From Rebecca billardiae RCC1528 (lineage: Eukaryota > Protista > Haptophyta), in NCBI GenBank assembly GCA_965240325.2, contig OZ251249.1:1-64000 (forward strand): 64,000 nt of DNA, in the 5' to 3' direction. Below the pieces are notes generated by a model. The model ran no database searches and was not told the origin of the DNA. It was given only the letters and a program-made list of their open reading frames with translations. Numbering within the stretch: position 1 is the stretch's first letter; each line of letters starts with the position of its first letter. Below, piece by piece: positions 12,390-25,300 of the stretch. A program made the translations under genes and the position numbers.

Positions 12390-14439
12390 GCCGCCCCCAC
12401 ACCCCCGCTTTTTTCTTCCGTGGGGGCTGCCGCCCCCACACCCCCGCTTTGGACCGCCTCCGAACGCTCGTTCAGCCCGCTCACTGCCGGCGGCGCCGGC
12501 GGCGGGCGCGGCGCGCGGGAGCAGCTCGGTGGCAGCCATCGTCGCCGGCGGCAATTTTTGGCGGTGGCATGGAAAAAACAAGTAGTCGTAGTATTCAAAA
12601 ACCAATATTCGGACAGATTCGCCCGGTGAAACGGCCGCGCGCTGGACTGAGGCTCTGCTGCCGCCGCGCAATGGCGGCCGGCCCGCCCAGCGTCGTGGCT
12701 GGGCGACTCTGGAGGGTGAGAGCGGCGGAACGGCATATGAGAAGGGTCGGAAGAAGCTATCAGGCGACTCAGTGGGGCATGCTGGTCACGTCAGGCAGCT
12801 TTGTTGCCGCGCCCCCGACCCGCTCGCCACCTGCACTGTTGTTGGGCGCCGGTCGGGTCTGCAGCCGTGCGCCGAAGTAAACTGGTGGTCGTAAGGCTGA
12901 AGGGGGGGGCTGCCGCCGCCATACAGCCGCTCTTTATCTTGCGGGGCTGCCGCCTTCACACGCCCGCGCGCTCTTTCGGCCGCCTCCGCACGCTCGGTCA
13001 GCCCGCTCACCGCCAGCGCCGGTGGCGGCAGAAGGCTTGCACCTTGCTCTGCGCATTCAGTCATGAGGCTGTCGAAATAAGGCTCAAGGGTGGGGGCTGC
13101 CGCCCCCACACCCCCGCTTTTTTCTTCCGTGGGGGCTGCCGCCCCCACACCCCCGCTTTGGACCGCCTCCGAACGCTCGTTCAGCCCGCTCACTGCCGGC
13201 GGCGCCGGCGGCGGGCGCGGCGCGCGGGAGCAGCTCGGTGGCAGCCATCGTCGCCGGCGGCAATTTTTGGCGGTGGCATGGAAAAAACAAGTAGTCGTAG
13301 TATTCAAAAACCAATATTCGGACAGATTCGCCCGGTGAAACGGCCGCGCGCTGGACTGAGGCTCTGCTGCCGCCGCGCAATGGCGGCCGGCCCGCCCAGC
13401 GTCGTGGCTGGGCGACTCTGGAGGGTGAGAGCGGCGGAACGGCATATGAGAAGGGTCGGAAGAAGCTATCAGGCGACTCAGTGGGGCATGCTGGTCACGT
13501 CAGGCAGCTTTGTTGCCGCGCCCCCGACCCGCTCGCCACCTGCACTGTTGTTGGGCGCCGGTCGGGTCTGCAGCCGTGCGCCGAAGTAAACTGGTGGTCG
13601 TAAGGCTGAAGGGGGGGGCTGCCGCCGCCATACAGCCGCTCTTTATCTTGCGGGGCTGCCGCCTTCACACGCCCGCGCGCTCTTTCGGCCGCCTCCGCAC
13701 GCTCGGTCAGCCCGCTCACCGCCAGCGCCGGTGGCGGCAGAAGGCTTGCACCTTGCTCTGCGCATTCAGTCATGAGGCTGTCGAAATAAGGCTCAAGGGT
13801 GGGGGCTGCCGCCCCCACACCCCCGCTTTTTTCTTCCGTGGGGGCTGCCGCCCCCACACCCCCGCTTTGGACCGCCTCCGAACGCTCGTTCAGCCCGCTC
13901 ACTGCCGGCGGCGCCGGCGGCGGGCGCGGCGCGCGGGAGCAGCTCGGTGGCAGCCATCGTCGCCGGCGGCAATTTTTGGCGGTGGCATGGAAAAAACAAG
14001 TAGTCGTAGTATTCAAAAACCAATATTCGGACAGATTCGCCCGGTGAAACGGCCGCGCGCTGGACTGAGGCTCTGCTGCCGCCGCGCAATGGCGGCCGGC
14101 CCGCCCAGCGTCGTGGCTGGGCGACTCTGGAGGGTGAGAGCGGCGGAACGGCATATGAGAAGGGTCGGAAGAAGCTATCAGGCGACTCAGTGGGGCATGC
14201 TGGTCACGTCAGGCAGCTTTGTTGCCGCGCCCCCGACCCGCTCGCCACCTGCACGGTTGACGTGAGCCGGTCGGAGGCCCGGTCGGGCTCCGCCCGCCCA
14301 CGCGACGAGCCAAGACTCGAGATCGGCATATGAGACTGCCGCCAAATAAATTGGGGAGGGGTCCTCATACCATGCCCATCACGACCAGCCGAGTGCGCGC
14401 GTGGCCCCGTGATTTTGGGGAGTGGGCACCTCTTATACA

Positions 14440-15690
14440 CGGGTAGTATAGAGTGGCACTGCACCGCCGCTTGGGTCGGGGCGCGCCCTCAGCCGACGCC
14501 CCCACCGCCCGCGCGTCGGCGCAGCGCTCGGCCGCACAAGCCAAGTAAGCAGTTGGGCTGGCGGGCATCAAGATGTGCACGCTGGGGCGCGCCCCTGAGG
14601 GGCCTGACGCCACGCCCCACCGGGCAGCCTCGGTCTGCTACTGGTAGTATGGGGTGGCACTGCGCCACCGCTTGCTTCGGGGCGCGGTCTCAGCCGACGC
14701 CCCCACCTCCCGCGCGTCCGCGCAGCGCTCGGCCGCGCCGGCCAAGTGGCAGTTGTGACGGCGGGCGAGATGTGCACGCTGGGGCGCGCCCCTGAGGGGC
14801 CTGACGCCACGCCCCACGTGTCGTACTTGGTCTACCGGTAGTCTAGAGCGACACTGCACCGCCGCTTGGGTCGGGGCGCGCTCTCAGCCGACGCCCCCAG
14901 CGCCCGCGCGTCGGCGCAGCGCTCGGCCGCGCCCTCCGAGTGGCACACTGCAATAAACCGGGCGGCCTAGCGGGAACGGTAGCACTCAGCGACGGACCCA
15001 GAGGCTGTGTGCGTGTGTGCGGGGCATTTGCCGACGTGAAGGCCGCAGTGGACCCTGGACGAGCTGAAACCGCGAGGGCACTCCCAACTACCGCCCCGGT
15101 GCGCCGCCACAGCGTGAGCTCGGCGGCCAACGACTGGAGCCACGATGGGCGGGCGGCGCCGAGCCAGTGGCACACGGCACGGCCGAGCGCGTATTGAGGC
15201 CCTCAGCGACAGCCGTGGCCGGCCGCAGTGACCCCCGGGCGAGCCGCAACCGCGAGGACACTCCCAATTACCGGCCTAGTGGGCCGCCACAGCGTGCGCT
15301 TCGCGGTTGACTGGAGCCGTGCCCGCTTGTGCAGAGCCAGTCAGTGGCACACGGCGGGCCGAGCCAGTCAAGTGGCACTCAGCGACGGACCCAGAGGCCG
15401 TACGCGGGGCATCTGCCGACGTGAACGTCCACAGTGCTTCTGCGCGTGCCCTCAGCCCACGCCCCCAGCGCCCGCTCGTCGGCGCAGAGCTCGGCCGCGC
15501 CGTCGGAGTGGCAGTTCTAGTTCTGACGCCGGGCAAGATGTACACGCTGGGCGGCTGGGGCGCGCCCATGAGGGGCCGGGCGCCGCGCCCCACGCCCCAG
15601 ACTCGGTCTACCGGTGGTATGGAGCGGCACTGCACCACCGCTTGCTTCGGGGCGCGCCTTCAGCTGACGCCCCCAGCGCCCGCGCGTCGA
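14440..15690. repeat. Degenerate mosaic of two satellite families: inverted relatives of the 195-bp satellite plus a ~215-bp family
   Basis: 'gtggcactgcaccgccgcttgggtcggggcgcg...cagccgacg'-like motifs at ~14452, 14654, 14848 and 15624 are the reverse complement of the 195-bp unit core. 14940-15430 matches 43326-43602 in the same orientation ('gacggacccagag', 'gcaaccgcgagg.cactcc.aa.taccg'). Confidence 0.75.
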
Positions 15691-16747
15691 CGCGGCCTCC
15701 TGGCACACATTCGGCTCGGCCGCGCCCGCCGCGTGCCCTGCGCGTGCTTGGCATGCGCGGCGGGGGCAACCACCAGTCGGTTGGCGTTAGCCATCCAGCT
15801 CGCGCGCGCTGGGCGCGCCGCACACGTTCGCAGCTCACTACGCGCACCAGGTGCACGTTGGCCGAGCGTCAGATGGGGGGCCGGGGCGGGGGCAGCATCG
15901 ACCGGTGCGAGGCGCTGGGACGGCTGCGGCGCTCCACATCCGCAGCGCCCGGCCGCGCGGCCCGCCTCTCCGGTGCGGCCCAGCCAGCAGCAGCAGCACC
16001 CGGCAGGCGCCGCCGCGCGCGCCGCGCGGTCTGCTCGGGCGCGGAGCGGCAGCCTCGATGCCGCAGGAGCGTGCGTGGCGGGGCGAGGGCTCACACAAGT
16101 TCCACCGCGCAAGAGCCGCGCAATCGGCAGCCGTGACGCGCCGCTCGGCGCGGCCGCGCTCCCGCCCTGACTGGGCCGCCCTTGCTGCACGCGGGGATGC
16201 CCTCGCGGGCGTGGCCCGTTCACCCACCAGTTCGGCCGCCCAAGTGACCCGATTGCGATTGCCCGCACACAAACATGCCGTGCTGCGCCACGCTTGGCGC
16301 AACAGCACCTAGCCGGCCAGAAAGGCAGAAGCCAGCGGCACGGTTGCCGAGCGGTCAGCAGGACATTACTTGCAGGCAGCGGCGACTGAGACTCCTTATG
16401 GCGGCGGCAGGCGCGGGCGCGGTGGACGGCTGCCGACGAGACGACGCTCACGATGCATCGACGGCTCGCCTGTGGACGCCCAGCATCGCGGATCCCCCGC
16501 CCGAACCGCCGGGCGCAGCTGTTGGAGAGCCCACTGCGCGGCTAGCCGGAGGCAGGTCGGACGACGAGTGGGGCGGGGGCGGAGGCCGCCTTGGGCTGGT
16601 GCGAGGCGCAGGGGCGGATACGGCGCTCCACGTGCGTACCTCCAGGCGCACGACCGCCCCGTGCGACGCGGGCTCGCGCCCATCGCGCCGCGGGATGCAG
16701 ACTCGTCCCCGTGTGGGGAGAGGCCATGCTGAATTCGGCGCTGCCGC

Positions 16748-18697
16748 CAAAGGAATCAAGGGGGGTAGGACGGAAACGAGCCTCCCGGACTCCCCCTGCC
16801 GCTGGGAGGCTGTGTCCCGATCCGGTGCGGAGTTTGGAGGGCCCGGCATCTCGAAGGCGCCCACCTGGCGCCCCTCCCCGAACCGACCCCCGCCGCCCGG
16901 CGGCGTCCTGCTGGGCGCACGAGCGCGAGCTGGCCGCTGGCGTGAAGCCGAGGTGGAGCCAACTCGTCCTTCAGCTCGCAGGCGGCCCGGCTCCTGCGAC
17001 CGACCGCCCTGCGCGCGCATCCGCCTGCCTGCTTTGGTGCGGAGGCAAACCCGCACGACCCAGCCCGCCGCCGCCACGCGGCAGCCAGTCGGGGTGTCTT
17101 GTCGCGATTTGCGGGTGCGCACCCCGCGGGGCAGGTGGCACTGCCCCGCCCGGTCGCTTCCGATCAACGAAATTCCCTCGCAAGCGCCCGCGAACGTGGA
17201 TCCTCGCCGCGGGCTCGCCAGGGCCCATGTGCGCGCCCGGGTGCCCCGGTCGAGCCAGTCTGGTGCGAGCACCGAACGATGGTGCGGGCCGGAAGGCGTG
17301 GTGCGCGACGTCACCGAGGCTGCGGGCCAGCTAGGCACCGCTTGCGCGCCTACCAGTAGCCTGTGGGCCGACCACGCGTTCAACCGTGCACCCGATGGCA
17401 GTCACGGTGCTCTGCGGCTGGAGCGCGCTGTGCGCTCAGGCGCGAGCGGCCGCCAAGTTGCCGGGTAGACGCGGTGCGCACGCTATGGCAGCTGCGGATC
17501 AGCATCGCGCGAAGCTCTGCTGCCCCCACCTGAATGCTCGCAGCACCCACCACACGGCCAGCCGGCCGCGCGCGCCGCGCGGCCACCTCATTCGCGCACA
17601 GGATCAGCTTCATTCAGAGGCGTCGTAACAGCCGGCCGTACAACCGACAACACGTAGCCTTCTAGCGCGCGGTAGATCATCATCGACTTGAGCTTGTTCG
17701 TCCGTTCCCTCTCCGGTCTCCCGGACGTGGTGTGGCTATGAAAAAGAGCTCGAGAGTGCGCAGATGTTACGGCGCTTTCTCGCGCCGTGACTTCGAGTCT
17801 CACGTTGAGCACACAGTACAATATCCCAAGGCTCGCAGTCGTCGGGTGAGGTGGCCGCGCGGCGCGCGCGGCCGGCTGGCCGTGTGGTGGGTGCTGCGAG
17901 CATTCAGGTGGGGGCAGCAGAGCTTCGCGCGATGCTGATCCGCAGCTGCCATAGCGTGCGCACCGCGTCTACCCGGCAACTTGGCGGCCGCTCGCGCCTG
18001 AGCGCACAGCGCGCTCCAGCCGCAGAGCTGAGAGCACCGTGACTGCCATCGGGTGCACGGTTGAACGCGTGGTCGGCCCACAGGCTACTGGTAGGCGCGC
18101 AAGCGGTGCCTAGCTGGCCCGCAGCCTCGGTGACGTCGCGCACCACGCCTTCCGGCCCGCACCATCGTTCGGTGCTCGCACCAGACTGGCTCGACCGGGG
18201 CACCCGGGCGCGCACATGGGCCCTGGCGAGCCCGCGGCGATGATCCACGTTCGCGGGCGCTTGCGAGGGAATTTCGTTGATCGGAAGCGACCTGGCGGGG
18301 CAGTGCCACCTGCCCCGAGGGGTGCGCACCCGCAAATCGCGACAAGACACCCCGACTGGCTGCCGCGTGGCGGCGGCGGGCTGGGTCGTGCGGGTAGTGC
18401 CTCCGCACCAAAGCAGGCAGGCGGATGCGCGCGCAGGGCGGTCGGTCGCAGGAGCCGGGCCGCCTGCGAGCTGAAGGACGAGTTGGCTCCACCTCGGCTT
18501 CACGCCAGCGGCCAGCTCGCGCTCGTGCGCCCAGCAGGACGCCGCCGGGCGGCGGGGGTCGGTTCGGGGAGGGGCGCCAGGTGGGCGCCTTCGAGATGCC
18601 GGGCCCTCCAAACTCCGCACCGGATCGGGACACAGCCTCCCAGCGGCAGGGGGAGTCCGGGAGGCTCGTTTCCGTCCTACCCCCCTTGATTCCTTTG
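16748..18697. mobile_element. Foldback-type element with ~845-bp inverted arms, 256-bp spacer and 7-bp (possibly 8-bp) TSD
   Basis: Arms 16748-17590 and 17847-18697 are near-perfect reverse complements. Termini are CAAAGG...CCTTTG, with a direct repeat ctgccgc at 16741-16747 and 18698-18704. Confidence 0.88.
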
Positions 18698-19267
18698 CTG
18701 CCGCGACCAACGGTCGCTCGTCGGTGGCGTCGGAAAAAAGATCTGGTATTCCAAGCGACGAGAAATCCGGCCTCAAAGACCAGACCAGCATGGCCGCACT
18801 CCATCCCCGCCGTCCGCCAAAGGCGGCTGTCGTGCGCGTCGCGTGCGCGCGCACGCCGGCGCAGTGGTGCGCGAGGGGATCCACGCGCCGTCGAAGCACG
18901 CGCCCAGAGCGCCGCTCACAACGTCCCACGCGCTGCCAGCGCGACAGTGCGCGGCGGCGCGAGCGCACCGCCACTCCCCTAGCTCGGCCGCGCTGCCACG
19001 CAAACGCAGCCGGCCGCGCGCGGCCGCGCGGGTGCACTGCCGAGCGGTCGAGCGCGCGTGCTGGGAGGATGCACTCGCGTCTCCATCCTTCGCACGACGC
19101 CGCGCAGTGCGTGGCGCCCGTCAGCAACGCGCGAACAGCTGCCAAGTCTGCGCGGAGCTCCGGGCCGTGGCACCGCGCTCCTGCTCGCCACCGCCGACAC
19201 GCTGACCGCGCTCGAGTGGGCCCGCACCTGCCCGCCGAGCACGCACCCTCGGGGGCGAACCCATCTT

Positions 19268-19300
19268 TGCTTCGTATAAGCAACCTGCGGTAAGGAGATA
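19268..19300. mobile_element. Solo right end related to the pogo-like element at 37762-38745
   Basis: 'tgcttcgtataagca...ctgcggtaaggaga|ta' resembles 'ctgcttccatacgaagcag...ctgcggtaagggga|ta'. No partner end was found. Confidence 0.5.
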
Positions 19301-19333
19301 ACCTGCTGGTATGTACTAGCGCGCCGCTGCTCG

Positions 19334-22300
19334 TCAGCCGCGGAAGAAGAAGTGCAGCGCGCCGAGCACGCGCGCGCACGCCGCGCCGAGCGCGCGGACG
19401 AGCGCGCGCTCCGAGCGCGCGGCCTGCCGCGTGGCGGCGTGCGCGAGGCCGGGCCCCGCGTGCGCGGCGAGCAGCAGCGCCGGCTCGCACCCGAGCGCCG
19501 AGCCGAGCAGCGCGCCGCCCCACGAGCCGATCATCGCGCGCGTCTTGGCCTCGCCGAAGAGGCGGCCGTACACGATCACGAGGGCGCACAGCCCGACGAA
19601 CGTGCCGAGCATCGCTGCCCACGCGCACGCGGCGAGCGCGCGCAGTCGGCGGCGCTCGCGCTCATCCGACGGTGCCTCCTCCTCCTCCTCCTCCCCCCCC
19701 GCAGGCGGCGCGTGCCGCCTGAGGCGGCGCGCATGCGCCTCGCGCCGCGCAGCGTACCAGCGCACGAGCTGGCACTCGAGGATGCGACCCGCGCCCGGCG
19801 GCTGCGCCGCGCCGGGCGCGGGCACCGCCGCGAGCTCGAGCGCGAGCCGGCGCCGCTCGAGCGCGGTGAGCGGCTCCCCCAGCTCGGTCATGAGCACGCC
19901 CACCTCGGCCGAGTCGAGCGCGCCGTCGACGTCCAAGTCGTACATCTGGAACGCGACGCGCAGCGCGGAGAGCTCCGCCGAGCGCACGGACGCGAGGTCG
20001 GGCGCGGTGCGCGAGGCGCAGCCACTCGCCCACGAGAGCGCCGGGCTCACGCGCCGGCGGAAGCCGTGGAGCGCGGCGGCGGGCGCGCCCCCCGACCACG
20101 GCGCGGCGTTGGGCAGGCGGCACGCCGGCCGTGCAGTCGCGCCGGGTGCGGCTGGCGGCGGCGGCGACGGCGGCGGCGGCGGCGGCGACGAGCCGGCGGC
20201 GGCGACGGGCGGCGCGGCGGCCTGCTCCCAGACCACGCGCCGCGCGCCGCGCCGCGCGGCCTGCCGCCGCGCCACCGCGCCGAGCGCGCCGACGCCAACG
20301 GCGGCGGCGCGGCGCGTCCCCTCGTCGTCGGCCGCGCCGCCGGCGGAGCCGACGGGGCGCGGCGCTGCGCCCTCCGCCCCGCCCGCGTCCTCCTCCGCGG
20401 CGGCGGCGGCGATCGCGGCGGCGGTGACGCGCGCCGCGCCGGTGGGCACGAGCGCGCGCCGCGCCGTTGTGCCCACGGCGCCACCCACCGCGCGCAGCTC
20501 TGGGCCGCTCGGCGCGGCGCCCTCGCGCACGAGCCGCGCGCTCGCGCCGCCGCTGCGCGGCCGGCTGCGGCTGCACGCGCCGCCGAGCAAGTCGGCGTCC
20601 GTCGGGGGCGCGACCGCCTCGACCTCGCCCGGTGTCGGCGGCGGCTCGGACGCGACGCGCACCGCGCCCTGGTCCGCCTCGCCCGAGCCGTCGTCGGAGG
20701 CGGCGGCCGGGCGCGCGCCGGCGCGCGCGGGCACGACGCGGTCGCGCGCGCTGCGCGGCCGCGTCCCCTCCGCTGCCTCCGCCGCCCACAGCGGCGTGTC
20801 CGCCGGCGCCGCCGCCCCGCCCAGCGGCCAGGCGGGCACCGGGGATGCCGTGTCGCCGTCGGCCGAGCGGCGCCCGCCCCAGCGCGAGGAGGCGCGCGCG
20901 CCGACGATCGCAGCCGCGCGCCGCCAGCCGCGCGGCCCGCGCGGCGACGGCGACGCGGGCGTGGGCAGCGCGGCGCTGCCACCACAGCCCGCCGCCGCGG
21001 CGGCGACCATCGCGGCGGCCGCCTTGGCCTTCGATGCGCGCGCCGCCGCCGCCTCCGCCTCGCTCGCGCGCTGCGAGACCAGCGCGTGCAAGCCGCGGTA
21101 CAGCCGGCGCGCGGGCGCGGCGCGCGCGCGCGCGCCGCACGTGGCCCAGAGCGCGTTGAAGAGGCCGAGCGCGGGGCCACAGAGCAGCGCGCCGAGCGCG
21201 GCGCGCGCCGCGACCGTGAGCGGCCGCACCGCCTCCGCGCCGCCCTCCTCGGGCGTGGGCGCGTACAGCATGCACTCCGCGAGCAGCTGCAGCGCGCCCA
21301 TGTTGAAGAGCGTCTGCACCAGCTCGGCTCGGCGCGGGAACGCCTCTGCGGGCGCGAGCAGCAGCCCGAGCGCCGTGTGGCCGTCCGCCACGGCCAGCAG
21401 CGCGTCGTGCGCGCGCGCCGCCCACGCGCGCTGCAGCAGCAGCCGCCGACGCGCCTCGGCCGCGCCCTCCCACCGCGCCGACGGGCCGAACCGCTCGCGC
21501 GCGGGCCGGAGCGCCGACGAGGGCGGCGCGGCGGACGACGCGCGGCCCGCGCTCGACGTGCGCAGCGCGGGCGGGCGCGCCCAGCGGCGCAGCGGCGAGC
21601 GCGGCGGCACGCGCGTGCCGCGCGCCGCCGAGCCGCGCCGCGGCGGCGCGGCCCACGGCGCGGCGCGCTCCGGGCTGGGCGCCTGGCTGTCGTCCGCCTC
21701 GCCCGCGCCGCCGCCCAGCCGCTCGTCGAGGGTCGGGCTGTGGGCCGCCGGGCTGCGCGCCGCGCCGCTCGCGCGCGAGGCGGCGCGCGATCGCAGCCGC
21801 GCGCCGCCGTGCGCGGGGCTGGGCAGCGCGCTGCTCGCGCACGACTCGCCGCGCGAGCGCAGGCACGGCGACGCGCGCGGCACGAGCAGCGCGGCGCGCG
21901 CGGCGGTGTCCGCCCCCTCCGCCTCCGCGTCGCCCTCGGCGAGCGCGCCGCCCCACGGCTCGGCGCGCGAGGCGGCGCGCGAGCGCAGCCGCGCGCCCAC
22001 GGCCGGGCTGGGCAGCGCGCTGCTCGGGCCCGACGAGCCGCGCGAGTGCAGGCACGGCGACGCGCGCGGCCCGCGCCGGGGCGCGAGCGCGGGGCTGGGG
22101 CCGAGGGAGGCGTCGCGCGAGTGCGCGCGCCAGTCGCCGTCGTCGCCGCCGCCCTCGCCGCCCGACGACGCGTAGCGGATCGGCGGCGAGCTCGAGCGCG
22201 CCGTCGCCTCCGCGGCGGCCGACGCGCTCGCGAGTGCGCGCGAGGCGCGCGCCCCCGCGGCGGACGCGCGCACGGACGCGGCGCGCGAGGCGCGCGACGC

Positions 22301-25300
22301 GCGCTCCGCCGCGGCGGCCGCCACCGCGGCGGCCGCCGCGCGCCGTGCGCGCAGCCGCACGCGCCCGAGCGTGGTGAGCTGCTCGGCGGGCGACGTCTCG
22401 GCGGCGCGCGCTGGCAGGCGCTGCGCGCTCGAGCGCAGCCGCTCGCGCGCCGCGGCGAGCTTCGAGACGTGCCCCGCCGTGCCCACCTCGCGCGCGCGCC
22501 ACGCGACGTAGCCGCGCCGCGCGTGCGCGTCGGCGAGCGCGGCGAGCAGCAGCGCGAGCCCGTTGAGCGCCGCGAGCAGGTACACCAGCCGGTAGACAGT
22601 CGGGTTCTCGCGGTGGCCGGCGGCGGGCGAGCCGAGCGCCGCGCGCGCGTCGCGTGCGGAGAAGGTGTTGACGCGCACGCTGGCCGCGCCGGCACCCTCG
22701 CCGCTGGGCAGCGGCACGGAGATGGCGCCAAAGTCGGTGAGGTGGGTGCACGCGCAGTAGAGCAGCGACGGGTCCGGCCCGGCCACTGTCTCGCAGCCGG
22801 CGGTGGACCACGCGCCCGCGCCCTCGTCCCACCAGTGGCACGCGTCGAGCGCGCCGCAGCCCGGGCCCGAGTAGGGCGGCTCGCACGCGCACGCGCCGCC
22901 GCCCGTGCCGTTCGCGCCGGGGCTCGCGCCGCGCACGCACGCGCCGCGCCCGCCGCACACGGCGCACGCGCCGCCCTCCTCCGCGCCGCGCGCGCAGCCG
23001 GGCGGCAGCCACTCGGCGCACGAGCCGCTCGCGCTGTACTGCAGCGGCGGCGCGCGGCGCAGCGCCCGGGGCATTCCGAGCACGATCGGCGTGGCCAGCT
23101 CGGACACGGCCAGCGCGGCCCCGCCGCCCGCCGCCGCGCCCGGCTGGAAGAGCGAGACGGAGAAGACGCGCGAGGCGAGGCCGGCCGAGGGCACGGTGCC
23201 GTTCTCCTCCTCCGACCCGCCGCCCGCGGGCGGCACGCGCCTGGCGCCATGCACATTGGGCTCGATCGAGTGGATCAGCACGTCCACGCCGCCGCCGAGG
23301 TCCAGGGCGGCGGGCACGGCGCGCAGCACGCCCGCGGGCAGCGAGACCGAGCCGCCGCCGGCCGCGGGGCCGGCGAGCGTCGGCGCGCCGCCCGCCTCCA
23401 GCTCGGCCGCGCTCGCGCGCGCCGCCGCGACGGCGAGGGTCGCGCCTGCCGCGGACGCTGGCGGCTCGCCCGGCTGCGCGCCGGCGAGCAGTGCGCTCGC
23501 CAGCGCCGAAGCGGCCGCGCTCGCCGCCGCGCCGATCGCCCCCGCGCCCGCGCCCGCGCCCGCATCCGCGCCGCCGGGCGCGAGCGCGGCGTCCACCGCG
23601 CCGAGCAGCTGCGCCATCAGCCCCGACCCCGCGCCGCTGCGCGCGGCCGCCGCGCCGATCGCGCCCGCCTGCCGCAGCGCGGCCGCGCGCGCGGCGCCGT
23701 CGAGCGCGGCCGCGGGCGCGGCGGCGAGCACGGCGGCGAGCGCGCCCGCCGCCTGCTCGCGCGCCGCCGCGGTCGCCACGCCGTCCGCCGCGACGAGCTC
23801 GGCGCCCAGGCCGAGCAGCGCGCGCGCCGCCTCGGCGTCGGCCACTGCGCCGCCGCCCGCGCCGAGCGTGCCGCCGAGCGCGCGCAGCAGCTGGCGCGCG
23901 CTCGACAGCTGGCCGGCCACGGCCGCGCGCCGCGCGGCCGCCAGCGCCTCGGCGACTGCGCCGGCGGCGGGCGTGGGCAGCACCGCGCGCACGGCGGCCG
24001 TGGCGCGCGCGCACGCGCCGTGCGCGTCGCACACGTCCACGAGCACCGAGCCGTTGCCAGGCGGCAGCGCGACGCGCAGCAGCCACGGCGCACCGCCCGG
24101 CTCGGCGAGCGTCGCGACGCCGCCGCCGATCGCGCCGTGTGCCGCGTGCCCAAACGCGTAGGAGAGCGGCAGGTCGTCCTCGTCGTCGTCCGCCCAGCCG
24201 GGCGCGGCGAGCGCGAAGGGCGTGCGCAGCGCCACGCCCGCGCGCGGCTCCACGCCCACGCCGCCCCCGTGCGGCGGCCGGTTGAGCGCCAGCACGAGCG
24301 TCGCCGCGGCCGAGGCGCCGAGCACGCCCAGCCGCGCGGCCGCGGCCGCGCGCTCGGCGGTGGCGGGCGCGAGCGTCGCGCTGAGCGTGAGCGCGTAGCT
24401 GCCGCCGGGGGCCAGCGCGCCCGAGCGCAAGGCGAGCACCGCCCCGAGCGCGCCCGTCGTCGTCACGCGCGCCGCGTCCGACAGGTCGGGCGCGGAGACA
24501 GCGCCGCCGTCCGCGCCGCCCGCGCCGGGCCCGCCGAGCGGCCGCGCGCTCCAGCTGAGGTTGAAGTCGCGCTCGGCCCACGCCCACGTCCCGCCCGGCG
24601 CGGCGGGGTCGGGCGTGCCGAGGCCAACGCTCGCGCGCACGCTCAGCCGCTCCGACGGCAGCGCCCACGCCGCGCTCGGCGGGCGGCCGCCGCGCGGCGG
24701 CGCGATGGCGATGGCGGGCAGCGGGCGCGCGGACGGCACCACGCGCACGCTCGCGCGCGCGACGGCGCGCGCGCCGGCGGCGGCGCCGCCCGCGGCCGCG
24801 GCGCGCGAGACGGTCACCTCGAGCGCGTGCGTGCCCACGCCCAGCGCGCCCGCCGGCACCGCCAGCACCGCGCGCGACGTGTCCACCCACGCCGGCAGGA
24901 CGACCTCGGCGCCGAGCTCGAGCGAGCGCGCGGCCCACGCGAAATGGAGCGAGCCGGCGCCGTCCGGCTCGTCCGGGTCGGCGGAGGCGGAGGCATCGAG
25001 CGCGAAGGGCTCGCAGCCGGGCACCGCCGCCGTGCCGTTCGCCGTGCCGTCCGCGCCCGCCGCCGCGCGCTGCGCCGGCTGCAGCAGCAGCGGCGTGGCG
25101 TCGCTCGCGCGCACGTCGAGCGACGCGGCGCCGAGCACGGCGTGCACCGGCTGCGCGGCCACGAGCACGCGCACGCGCGCCGTGCTCGACGCGCCGTCCG
25201 CCGCCGCCGCCTCCCACGCGCGCACCTCGAGCTCGTACGCGAAACCCGCGCTGAGCGCGTGCGGACGCAGCAGCAGCGACGCGCTCGCGCCCGCGCCGCC

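Larger units (their letters stand above)
1751..14254. repeat. Subtelomeric tandem array of a 709-bp unit (~4.75 units; units 2 and 3 expanded to 5275/5276 bp by two TE insertions)
   Basis: The anchor 'gaaggcttgcaccttgctctgcgcattcagtc' recurs at ~1771, 2480, 7755, 13031 and 13740 (spacings 709, 5275, 5276, 709). Homology stops at 14254. Confidence 0.95.

Noticed and set aside
16748-18697. rDNA fragment
   Set aside because: No conserved 18S, 5.8S or 28S signature was recognised; the TIR and TSD explain the structure.
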